64,000 bases of DNA from contig CP158635.1 of NCBI GenBank assembly GCA_050273025.1, positions 7,440,001 through 7,504,000 of the forward strand. Reading direction: 5' to 3'. Source of the stretch: Cenococcum geophilum (lineage: Eukaryota). Made by a program: the position numbers and the translations under genes. This document shows, in pieces, positions 1-11,639 of the stretch (its first letter is position 1; each line of letters starts with the position of its first letter). Below the pieces are notes generated by a model, which had not been told where the DNA came from, did no database searches, and was given only the letters and a program-made list of their open reading frames with translations.

Positions 1-1951
1 TATATAGATCCCCTTATTATTAGGGCGTCCTAACCTACGACTTAGGGCTAGGACTTAGCGTTTTCCGTTTCTATATCCGACTCTACTGCTATTACTGCGT
101 CTTTGTCTTATATAGTAGTGGTATATAGCGACGTATTTAGTGTTTGAGGTACTAGGTTAGGTATTAGGCGGTAGCTACTAAACCTAGCTATTAGGCAGTT
201 TAGGCTATAGCTATAACAGCCTTCTTAACAATATCTATAGCAACGCTTTAGCTTTTAAAGTAGCTCGCGTTCTCCATCTAGTAGCTTCTATGGGAAGGTT
301 AGTATAGAAAGGTTAATATTAGGACTAGTAGTGTTGCTTAAGGTAGTAGGCGTTAGTAGTTTAATAGGTCTAGAGGGCTTCTATAGGGAGGTCTTTAGGT
401 AAAGGTTTATAGTAGCGATCTAATTTAGTCGTCGTTTAATCTTCTATATGGCTGCTACTATATTATAAACATTATTATAGTTATAGCTGGCGGCTGCGTA
501 ACTAAGGCAATAAGTGACTTTTTTAAGGAGATCTTTTTAGTCTTTAGTATCGTCTTAGGTGAGGGCTCTAGTGTATTCCTGAAATTTAACATAGAACTTA
601 TCAAATAATTTAGTAGGGCTTATCTTTAGAGTATATAGTTTAGCTTAGTTAGTGGCCAGTAGGTCGTAGTCGCGGTATATTAGGTTAAGATTGTTAAGGA
701 CTTCTTAATAGGACTGCCACTTTTAGGGGCTATTGGTCTCCTATTAGGCGAAGAGTCTATTAAATGGTGTACCCTTTATTTGCCTAATAATATAGCCAAT
801 CTTAGTGTCTTCCGTAGGAAAAAGGCAGGCGCTCTAAGTTAGTTTTTCGCGGATTTGTATCTTCTAATGGCTATATTCTTTGCGGTCTCCCTAGAAAACT
901 AGGGGATTAGGGTAATGTGTATTAGACCCTATAATAGCAGCTTAGGTTTAGTTATTATAGCTTTTATCGTCGCTTTAGTAGGGGTTCCTATTAGGTAAGA
1001 CTGCTTAGCGCTAACCCTCTATTAAGCGTTAAGTAGGTGAAGTTGCTGGGGGCGTAGAGACTTAAGTAGCGTTATATACAGTAGAGAGGTATCTAGCGTT
1101 ATTACGAATATGCTTATTAAGCTAAGATTATAGGTATTTAATTATACCTTCTCTTTTAGTAACCGTAGCAATAAGTACAATCTTAGCCTTCTTTAACTAT
1201 TAGACGTCGCGTTTAGACACACGGAGGTTATCTTCGGTTTCTTAACGCGTGTTATTAGTAAGCGCCTCACGAGCTTATAGGTCTTAGATAATATCGCAAT
1301 CTTAGGTAGTACGCATCTCGGCTTATATAAGCTTTAGGTAGTAGTTCTATAGAAGGCGGTAGTATTTATTAGGTTCTTATGCTACCATTTTTATAAACGT
1401 CTTAGCGTCTTATATTTTAATTTTAATAGGTAGTAGTTCTTCCGCTTATTTATCTATAGTTATATAGTTAATAAAAGATAAGATATTATTAGTGTCTATC
1501 TCCTTAGGGGTTAAGGCTAGGGCTGATAAATCGAATTCTCCTGGGATTGATTGGCGTTGTAGGTTAAGTATAGGTATTGGATTGTTCTTTGGGTTTAATA
1601 TAGTAGCTAATAAGGAATATTGTCTTACTATTATAGGTTCCTTAGAAGTATAAAATAAGGTAACTTATAGGCACGCTGCTTCTGGCAGCGCCTATAGTAT
1701 TACAAAGATATAGAATTGGTCGTAGGCTGGGTGTTAGTGGTAAAAAGGCGCAACGTAATGTTATGGAACGGGGGCAGTGGCTATAAGACGTATGTATTTG
1801 AGGAGTCTACAAGACGTTGCGCGATCGATCGTAAGGGTCGAGGGCGTAAGGAGGTGATATACCTACGCGTAGCTGACATAAGCTATACGCGAGGTGTACG
1901 CGAGAGCACGGGGCTCTCCTATAGAGGCCCCTGCGGTGGGGTTCCGTAACA
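1..1951 (-). mobile_element. Ty3/Gypsy LTR retrotransposon copy A: 5' LTR plus gag, continuing left of the window; RIP-degraded
   Basis: 1-1951 is collinear with ~4997-6963, which runs into protease/RT. It ends in a TG...CA LTR at 1759-1951. Confidence 0.9.
1759..1951 (-). repeat. 5' LTR (193 bp) of Gypsy copy A
   Basis: Inverted termini tgttatggaac...gttccgtaaca; homologous to 6771-6963. Confidence 0.9.
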
Positions 1952-3091
1952 CTTCTATAGTTGTAAGGAGAATATTTTGTTTTCCTTTAGTTCTAGCTAT
2001 AGACGCTAGTACTGGCTTTTCTACTTACAGCTTCAAAGTAAATAGTTAATTGACTTTGTTTCGTATAGAGAATGTATCTAAAGGTTGGTCCTTTTCGTCT
2101 GTAATTAAGACTAGCTTCCTTTCTTGTAGCTGCTTTTTCTTACTTCTAGTAGAGGTAAAACTCCTACTAGAAGAAGAAGGGGTAAAAGGTAGTGATAAGG
2201 AGGGTAGGGAGGACGAAGAAGGGAGGTCCTTCTTTAGCCTTTCTGCGTAGGTTTCCTTAATAGGAGCTACCTCCTTATGGAGAGCTCTTACTTCTTCTAC
2301 TAGTCCTTTTAGGACATCGTTTGCTTTTTCTTTTTTTTCTTCTTCTTCTTGTATAAAGGGTTTTTCTCCTAATAGGATACTTCGTGTATAGTACACTAGC
2401 TGTTTAACTTGTTCTTTTATTTCTTCTTCTTTTTCTTCTTCTAGCCCTATATAGGCCTTAGTTAGGCTATCTAGAGCGAAGCTTAGATGTTGTCCTGGAG
2501 AAAGGGAATCGGTAGGTATACTAGGCGTACTAGCCGTAGTAGTAGTTAGTTTTGTTATCCTTTTTATAGGTTTTTGGTTTTCTTTTTCAGGAGAAGACTA
2601 AGGATATCCTCTTTTTTCTCCTGTCCTAAACAGGCCAAGAGGGGGGGAAGGAGGAGAAATGGTAACTGTAGACTCTTCATCACTTATTTTTATAGGTTTT
2701 TTTTAAACCTATTAGGTCTTGGCATTTTGTATCTTATAGGGGGGTTTCCTAGTTTTTACTATCCTTATACCCTTTCTCCTTACTAATCCTACTAGAAGAT
2801 TTCTAGGGAGATTAGGCTAAAAGGTAGTAGAAAGACTAGCCCCTATTGGTATTAATAGTAGTAGTAGTAGTTTTAGTATTCCTGTCCGTGCCTCGCTTAT
2901 AAGCTAGGACCACCCTTAGAGAAAATTTTCTGTTGGGATAAGGGGGTAAAAAGACAAATAAATCCACCTCTAGCTTGCTAAGCAGTAAGAATTAGGTCTT
3001 GAAAGTTGGAAAATCGATTGTTTTTGATGGTAAGATGGGTATGCGTAAGTTTTGGAGTATGGCGCTACCTTTTAGTAAGGTTGCATGTGCG
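1952..3091 (-). mobile_element. 5' end of a LINE-like element (5' UTR plus ORF1 N-terminus), interrupted by Gypsy copy A
   Basis: ORF 2046-2396 (coiled coil, S-rich, ERKLVLITD..FSIRNKVN) continues as KPVLASIARTKGN, resembling fungal LINE ORF1 proteins. It starts exactly where the RNase H frame of Gypsy B breaks off. Confidence 0.6.
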
Positions 3092-6000
3092 GTAGTTACA
3101 CTCTTATAGTATAAGCTTAGATAAGTAGAATACGACTAGGTAAAGGAGACTATTATTACCCATTTAGAAAAGGATGCCTGCGTTAACGTAGTCTAAGGAG
3201 TTGGTTTTAAGGTAGAGTTGTTATCCTAGTATAAAGTAAGCTAGGACAGGTGCTTTAGTAAAGGCATTTTAAAGGTCTTAGAACGCCTTCTTGCATTTAG
3301 GCGTCTAGGTAAAGCGTAGGTGCGTTTTTCTTCCTTTTATAGAAAAGCCCTTTGTTTACATTATTGCTATAAGTAGTGCTACTACGCTTAAGAAGTTGTA
3401 TATAAATTTCTAATAAAAGTTAGCAAAACTAAGGAAGGCTTATACGTCCTTAATGCAGTTAAGGGCTTACTATTTAGTAATTATATATACCTTCTTAGGG
3501 TCTATACAGACACCCTTAATAGTAATAATTAGTCTAAGGTATTTTACTTCTATAACTAAGAATTTACATTTCTTTAAATTAATATAAAGTCCTATATCTC
3601 TAAGGCGCTATAAGACCTTTTAAACGTGTTCGGTATATTTAAAGGGGTTATTGCTATAAATAAGTATATTATCTAGGTACGCAAAGTAAAAGTTATTAAG
3701 GTAGTTCTATAAGGCGTTATTAATATAGCTTTAGAAGGTGCCTAGGCCGTTATATATACTAAAGGGCATAATAGTATATTTAAATTAGCCGAAGCGTAAT
3801 ACGAATGCGGTTTTCCATTTATTACCTTCCTATATTTAGAGATAGTTAAAGGCGGCAATAATATTAAGCTTAGTATAGATTTTAGCTTAACTAAGCCGCT
3901 TAAGGGTTTTATATATAAGCGGTACTAGGTATTAGTTTTTAATCGTAATAGTATCAAGTCCTTTATAGTTAACGCAGAATTAAATACCTCCTTTTAGCTT
4001 CTTAGTAAGAAGGATAGGGGCAGCTGCTAGTAATATACTAGGACAAATAAATCCTTTATTAAGGTGCTTATTAATATACTTTTTTATAACTAAAAGTTTA
4101 TCTTTTAATATTAGGTAGGGTCTCTTATAAGGTAGTATTTTTCCTTATTTAATATTAATAGTATAGTTATTAGGTTAATATAGGGGGAGTATATCTACGC
4201 TCTTTTATAAGTATATATCGGTAAAGTTATAATACCTCTTAGGGAGGAGCTTACAGAGTTCTTTGTTAGTAAGTCATTTTTTAAGCTTTATAAACTTTTT
4301 AAAGTCTAAAGGTAAAAGTCCGTAGAGTTTTATAGAGGCGTTATCTTTTAGAAAGCCAATTATGTCTATTCTATTACTATAGAGGATATAATCTTATTCT
4401 TTATTAAGCTTATATAATTATAATTAGGAACCTATAGTAACGGTCTAGCCTTTTTTATATACTATATAGTAGAGGGCTAGAGCACTTATATAGTAGTAGT
4501 TAGTTATAGGTAGGGTAATAAGGGGTTCCTTAGGTTAATATCCTAGGGAGTAAATAGGGGCGGCTAGGCTATGCCCTAGGCAAGTCTCTTTATAGTATTT
4601 AGAGTTAAAGGTTACTTCTCTCTTCTTTTAGTTAATGGCGGGGTTATATTATTTAAGCTAGTTTATTTTAAGGATAATAGAGTAGTTAGTAAGTGGTATA
4701 ATATAGGCCTAGAGTTCTTCCTAGTGCCTATTTATATCTAGGTAGAGTTATATTATATAGGTAATCTTCTATATGGTATAATTACTATTAGTAAGTTATA
4801 GGGCGTGGGCTTTAGTAAGGGGTAAGGTAGGTAGGTTATAAGTACGCATAAATTAGGTATTTATAAATTTATTTATAGCTCCGCAATTAATTATAGAACG
4901 GCTTTTATATTATTTTTTAGTAGTAGTTCCTATTATAGGTAAAACTATTTATTTCCGTCTATTTATTTTTATAGAGTTATCTATTAAGTAAGCTAATATA
5001 TAGATCCCTCTATTATTAGGGCGTCCTAACCCGTAACTTAGGGCTAGGACTTAGCGTTTTCTATTTCCGTATCTAACTCTACCGCTATTATTACGTCTTT
5101 ATCTTATATGGTAGTAGCGTATAATAACGTATTTAGTGTTTAGGGCATTAGGTTAGGTATTAAGCGGCAGCTACTAAACCTAGCTATTAGGCAGTTTAGG
5201 TTATTATAATAACAGCCTTTTTAATAGTATCTATAGCAGCGTCCTAGTTTCTAAAGTAGCTCGCGCTCTCTATTTAAGAGTTTTTATAGGAAGGTTAGTA
5301 TAGAGAAATTAATATTGGTTCCGGTAGTACTTAAGGTAATAGGCGTTGGTAGCTTAATATATATAGGTTTAGTAGGCCTAGGGGGCTTCTATAGAGAGGT
5401 CTTTAGGTAAAAGTTAGTAGTAGCAATCTAATTTAGTTATTATTTAATCTTCTATAGAGCTGCTACTATATTATAAAAATAGTTGTAGTTATAGCTGGCG
5501 GCTGCGTAATTAAGGTAATAAGTAACTTTTTTAAGGAGGTCCTCCTAGTTTTTAGTATTGTCTTAGGTAAGGGCTTTAGTATATTCCTAGAATTTAATAT
5601 AGAATTCGTTAAATAATTTAGTAGGGCTTATCTTTAGGGCATGTAGTTTAGCTCGGTTAGTAGCTAGTAGGTTATAGTCGCGGTATATTAGGTTAAGATT
5701 ATTAAGGACTTTTTAGTAGGACTACTACTTTTAGGGGCTACTAGTCTCCTATTAGGCTAAGAGTTTATTAAATAGTATACCCTTTATTCGTCCAATAATA
5801 TAGCTAATCTTAGTGTCTTTTATAGGAAAAAGGCAGGTACTCTAAGTTAGTTTTTTACGGATTTATATCTTCTAGTGGCTATATTCCTTATAGTCTCCCT
5901 AAAAGACTAGGGGATTAGAGTAGCGTATATTAGACCCTATAGTAGTAGTTTAGGTCTAATTATTATAGCTTTTATTATCGCTACTTTATTAAGGGTTCCT

Positions 6001-6963
6001 ATTAGGTAAAGCTGCTTAGCACTAGCCCTCTATTAAGCGTTAAGTAGGTAAAGTTGCCGGGGGTATAAAGACTTAGGTGGCGTTATATATAGTAAAAAGG
6101 TATTTAACGTTGTTATAAATATGCTTATTAAGCTAAGATTATAGGTATTTAATTATGCCTTCTCTTTTAGTAACTATAGCAATTAGTATAATCTTAGCCT
6201 TCTTAAACTGTTAGATATTGCGTTTAGACATATAAAGGTTATCTTTAGTTTCTTAATATATGTTATTAGCGAGCGCCTTATAAGCTTATAGGTCTTAGAT
6301 AATATCGCGATCTTAAGTAGTATATATTTTGGCTTATATAAGCTTTAAGTAATAGTTTTATAGAAGGCGGTAGTATTTATTAGGGTCTTATACTACTATT
6401 TTTACAAACGTCTCGGCGTCTTATATTTCAATTTTAATAGGTAGTAGCCCTTCTGTTTGCTTATCTGTAGTTATATAGTTAATAAAAGATAAAATATTAT
6501 TAGTGTCCGTCTCCTTAGGAGTTAAGGCTAGGGCTAATAAATTAAATTCTCCTAAGATTAATTAGCGTTGTAGGTTAAGTATAGGTATTAGATTATTCTT
6601 TAAGTTTAATATAGTAGCTAGTAAGGGATATTATCTTACTATTATAGGTTCTTTAGAAGTATAAAGTAAGGTAATTTATAAATACGCTGCTTTTAGTAGC
6701 GCCTATAGTATTATAAAGACGTAGAATTAGTTATAGGCTAAGCGTTAGTGGTAAAAAAGGCGTAACGTAATGTTATAGGACGGGGGCAGTGGCTATAAAG
6801 CGTATGTATTCGAGGAGTCTATAAGACGTTACGCGATCGATTGTAAGGGTCAAGGGCGTAAGGAGGTAATATACTTACGCGTAGCTAATATAAGCTGTAC
6901 GCGAGGTATACGTAAGAGCACGGGGCTCTCCTATAGAGGCCCCTGCGGTAGGGTTCTATAATA
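3092..6963 (-). mobile_element. Ty3/Gypsy copy B (same family as A): 5' LTR 6771-6963, gag, protease, RT, start of RNase H; interrupted at 3092
   Basis: Minus-strand RIP'd RT (AYLDNILIY-like, ~3650-3685) and RNase H (DYVNAGIL...FYLSKLIL*ECNY, breaking after ECNY). LTR matches 1759-1951. Confidence 0.9.
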
Positions 6964-8341
6964 GGGAATATGTAATATAATTATAATTTATATAGTTACA
7001 ATTTGTACAGTTTTTACAATTTATATAGTTTGCGCACTATTTATTATAGGGTAGCGTTTTACCGCAATTTGCTATTAGATGCTGTAAACTTATTACAAAA
7101 TACGCAATTTACTATTAGGGTGCTGCAAACTTGTTATAAAACGTACGTTTTACGCAGATTGCTATTAACCATATACATCTGCCGCGATCGTATAGTTTGC
7201 GGCAATTTGCTGTAAACCGCAATAACCAGCCCAAAAAAAAATCCTAATGGCCCTACAACTCTATTACTAGAAATTATCTCTATAACTATAGATAATTTAT
7301 AGCTAGTATCCTTTACAGTAGTAATTTAAAAGGCCTTTAAAGTTATAATTACTTTTTCCTTCTTACCTACGCCTAGGCGTATACCTATTTTATTATAATT
7401 ATATATATAATAATAAATTCAATTTACCGTCCAACCTGGTCCCCCTAATGGGTCCACATAGACTAATTCCTATGGGAAAAAACCTCCTTATCTGAGAAAA
7501 ACCCTATTTTTTTTAGGTATACAAAAAACCTCTAGGGGAAACGTAAAAGGTAATACTTCCAGATAGCATCCGTACTACATTAACGAGAGGAAAAACACCG
7601 TTAGGTTACTGCTTTAAGACTCCGTAGGAGTGTCTAAAATACCTATCTTGCCCCGTCTGCCACTTAAACCATTTTTACTATGTCTGTGTATTGCCTATAT
7701 AAAGTCGTATGCCTGTCCCTAGCTCCTTTTCTAAGTCTCCTATGAATATCTCCTGATAATAACGCTTGCGCTCTGCCTGGGCCTGTATGCTAAGGTCTCT
7801 TATCCATTCCTTTATTAAAAGGTTTCTACAATAGGGTGTGTATAACTTGGTATCGCTTTTGCCCTAGGGCCCAAACCTAGGCCCTTGCACCTATTCGTAA
7901 GGTATAGGAGGACGCTCTAGATAGGGGGGACTAGTCCCTATAACTAGATACCCAGGTTACTAGGTAATATTAAAATAGGGGGCCTCTGCTACGCTTAGGG
8001 CGCGGATTGTTTGCGTATATATATAGTTACTATGCGGTGTATATAGTATTCGTAGGAGGAAGGAGGTACGCCGGAGGGATAATTGCTTGTTGATTTGAAT
8101 GACCGAACGTGTATAATAGACGTGGTAGCTATATTTAAACTTTTTGCTAGGGCTCACCCCCCAGTAAAATTTTTTTTATACTACCACCACCACGTCGCTG
8201 CGCAGGCGCTGCGCAGCCGTATATACGTCTCTGCGTTTGCTCTGGTAGTCTATTGACACGATCTAAATAGAACATCAATAGTAGCTGCTAGGTTCCCGGG
8301 CTCCACCGCGTAGAGGTGTAGAGGCCGATTTTATCGAGCCC

Positions 8342-8911
8342 TATAATTATATATATCTCCTATTATAATTTTATAAAGCCATACTACGCTATTATAGTCC
8401 TTATACTAGCGCAATAGCGCTATTAGATCTTTTGCTACCTATCTTTTTAGCTCCTTAGAATTTTTAGTATATAGGCTAAATTTAGGGTAGCGCTTAGTAA
8501 ATCTGTTGGTCCAATAGCTACTATAAAGTAGTGGCTCTTCTGGGCCGGTATAACGCGATTTAAGTATATAATTATACTCCCACTTAAGCTCCTAGACTAT
8601 CATACGCGTTTTAAGCGCGTTATAGCAATATAGCTATATTAGAAGGCTATTTTCCTTATATAGAGTAAGTAGTAGGTTATAAGCTAGTAGTCTAGGCTTA
8701 CTAGGAGTCTATAAACGCGATTCTTGACGCGGTTATATTTGGCATAAAAATGGCGCGCAGTAACAGTAATAAAAGGAAACTTATAGGCTATATAGGTAGC
8801 AAAAGGCCTTTTAAACCTTAGCCTTATCTTTAAAAGAATTAGAAGTTATAGTTATAGTATAATTATTATAGTTTAAAGTTCGAAGTTGTTCCTAAGTTCT
8901 TTCCTATGCTA
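8342..8911 (-). mobile_element. 5' fragment of a pogo/Fot1-like (Tc1-mariner) transposon: HTH/CENP-B region, truncated at the first catalytic motif
   Basis: Minus-strand translation ...ILKSRYTGPEEP..YWTNRFTKRYP...KELKR...GDIYNY. The putative terminus at ~8911 is followed by TA. Confidence 0.7.
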
Positions 8912-9498
8912 TATACTATACTAGCAGCCACTTAACTAGCTAAGTAGTATTGGTTAAGTCTACGAAAATCAAAACGCTACAAGTATACCCCCTACCTAAA
9001 CAGCTTAGATCCCTCTACTTTAAGTTAAAATATTACATATATTTAACTTGGTTATCCTTTAATATATTAGCGTTTATTTAGAACTTAGTTTATATATAAA
9101 ATACTAAAATAGTAAACTCTTAATTACACGCACACCTATATAGATTTAATTAATAGATTACTAGCTACTATGCCTTTTAATTATACTTCTAATAATATAG
9201 ATCTTATTAAGCCTACCAAATATAACATTCTACTTAATTAGACTGCGAAAAAAACCCATCTAAAACCCTATCCACTGCCTAATTTTTGACTACTTTAAAG
9301 ACACAATTGGGACGACTATAGTGTACTAAATCTTTCTTTTAACGTTAATTGGCACAATCCTATATAGCTATTTAATCTTTTCTTTATAGATGAGATAATA
9401 AATAAGCTTATAAAATAGACGAATACCTATATAAAGCTATATCTACCTAAAAATAAACCTAAATAACTACGCGTATAGTAACTAATATATAAGCAGGA

Positions 9499-9904
9499 TA
9501 TAACAAAGCCTTAGAGGAAATACCATAATAGACTTATTAATAGACTGGGTATATAGGCTAAGGGATAGTTAATAATATATATATAACTAGTAGAGTAGGT
9601 TACCTAATAGATTAACTCTAATTATATTCTAAGATTTACTATAAAGAAAAGAACTATCTAAGTAGAGACTGTGGTCCTTTAAATATATAATACTACGCCT
9701 AAGAAATATGCTAAGTATATTAGTACATTACGTTTTTATATTTCCACGTTCCTATATTCCAAATTTATAACATAACTAACTATATAACTTAGCTACCCCT
9801 TATCCTATAGCCTAATTAGTTTTAGTGCCTCCCGTACTATCTTAACTAACCCATTTATATCTCTTCTTAGTAGTGCTACTACTGCTAATATAAGGTCCGT
9901 AATA
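9499..9904. repeat. Solo LTR (406 bp) related to the LTRs at 19002 and 37570
   Basis: 5-bp TSD cagga/cggga. Shares blocks such as ggttacctaatagattaactc and aagaactatcta. The piggyBac frame resumes after it. Confidence 0.85.
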
Positions 9905-10259
9905 CGGGAACTATATATATATTTAGCAGTGCTTATTTATATAGGTATTACTACTAAATCGTCTATTAAGGACTATTAGCGGAGTTTAGATATATATGGC
10001 TCCAAGTATATTATTAAAAAATATATAAGAAGCGTTAGATTTTAGCAACTTAATTATTACTTTTTATGCACTATACCTTAGCCTAAAAATGATTCTATAC
10101 CTTAAACTATATTTAATTAAGTTACTAAACTTACTAAGTACCTTTAACTTACTTATAGGAAGTTCTATAGCCCTAGCGCCTACCTTATAGTTAATAAAAT
10201 AATTAAACGCTTTATAGGCCGCGCCCCTAAAACTGTTAACATTCCTACTAAGCTAATAC

Positions 10260-10470
10260 TGTAATGTATCTTTTAGCACCTCTTTATAAGCTCCTCGGGC
10301 TTGCAGCCCTTCCCTCCTTATCGGTTCGTCTCTCTCTCTGTACTAGGCTATTGCCTACCCTTATTACCATATTGTCCTCTTCTACCGACTCTCCTTTTCT
10401 ACCGACTCTCCTTATGACTTATGCTCGGCTTGCCTGCTCCCTACCGTATACCTTAGCAATATGCCTTATA
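10260..10470. repeat. Solo LTR (211 bp)
   Basis: Termini tgtaa...ttata (RIP'd TG..CA) and exact TSD aatac (10255-10259, 10471-10475). It splits the piggyBac motif NIPTK|GFKI. Confidence 0.85.
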
Positions 10471-11639
10471 AATACCTAAAGGCTTTTAAAATATAGGTAC
10501 TAGTAAATAAGGGCTATATACTTAATTAGTTATAGCACGTAAAAGGTAATAAGGTAGGCCTAGTTAATTCAGATAAGATATTTATTAAAGAAGGCCTTTT
10601 AAAGATATAGGTAGTAGTCCTTAATCTTCTTACCTAGCGCAATATAGAGTTAAATAAGCCACTTTATTTACTAGGGAAGTATATTATTTGGCCTAATAAT
10701 GTATTTATAAGTGTTAAGCTTTTTAAATAACTTTAAGAGCTTAAAATTAGAGGCGTAGGAACCGTTTATATAACTAGAATAAAGCGTAAGAGAAAGGGAG
10801 GGAAGGTAGGCAACATTCTAGTATACAAATTAGTAGGTAGTAGAAAGAAGGTTAAAGTTCCTATAGAGTAAATTAACTAAAGGCTTACTAACCTTAAATT
10901 AACTTACGTAGCTTAGATATAATGGGATATGTTATATACAGCAACTTTTAAAGATGGCTAGGTTATAGAGTTTGCCTAAAAGGATGCTAATATAGTGCTT
11001 TTTATAAGTATAGTTAACGATAGTAAGTACACCAAAATGCTTCTAAATTAAGGCTTAAGCCCTATATACTAATAACGTTATATATTATTGTCGGTATAAC
11101 TCACTTTATCAACGTGCACGAATATCACTTGTAGTGGTACGTATGCGGTGTTAAAGTTAGTAGTTAATTCTAGAAGAAAGGGGTTGCTCCAAAGTCAGAT
11201 AGCTAGTCTCGCTTCGTGGCCTCGTGACCACGTTACATGATTAACGTTCCGACACTAGAGCAACTCTAAAAAGAAGGCTAATCTACACTCTAAAGTTAAG
11301 TCTCTTCTAGACTATTTGTAGCGTATACGCAATAGTTAGCTCTTCCGTCTATAATACGTAATAGCTTCCACGTGTAACGGTGCTGGAGCGTTATCTGCCA
11401 AATTCTACTAAATTCTGCCAAATTCTGCTATGCCGTTGAACCAGCCAATCAGGATTTTCTATGCCCGGCATAGAAAATCGCTATTAGCTCGCCTGCTACT
11501 AGCGCCTTGGCGGCTGGCTCTGTATAGTATAAGCCCGTTATACCTAGTCGTATAACGCTAGACCGAAGCTAAATCCGTCCATTCAACCCACCCTACGGCC
11601 CGTAATTCGACTCGATTCGTATTAATAAGCTATAATAGT

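Noticed and set aside
7964..7972. TAATATTAC (minus strand), the geminivirus/CRESS origin nonanucleotide
   Set aside because: No flanking stem and no Rep motifs; such a match is expected by chance in RIP'd AT-rich DNA.
8197..8217. GC hairpin as a Helitron 3' end
   Set aside because: No CTRR terminus at the expected short distance on either strand.
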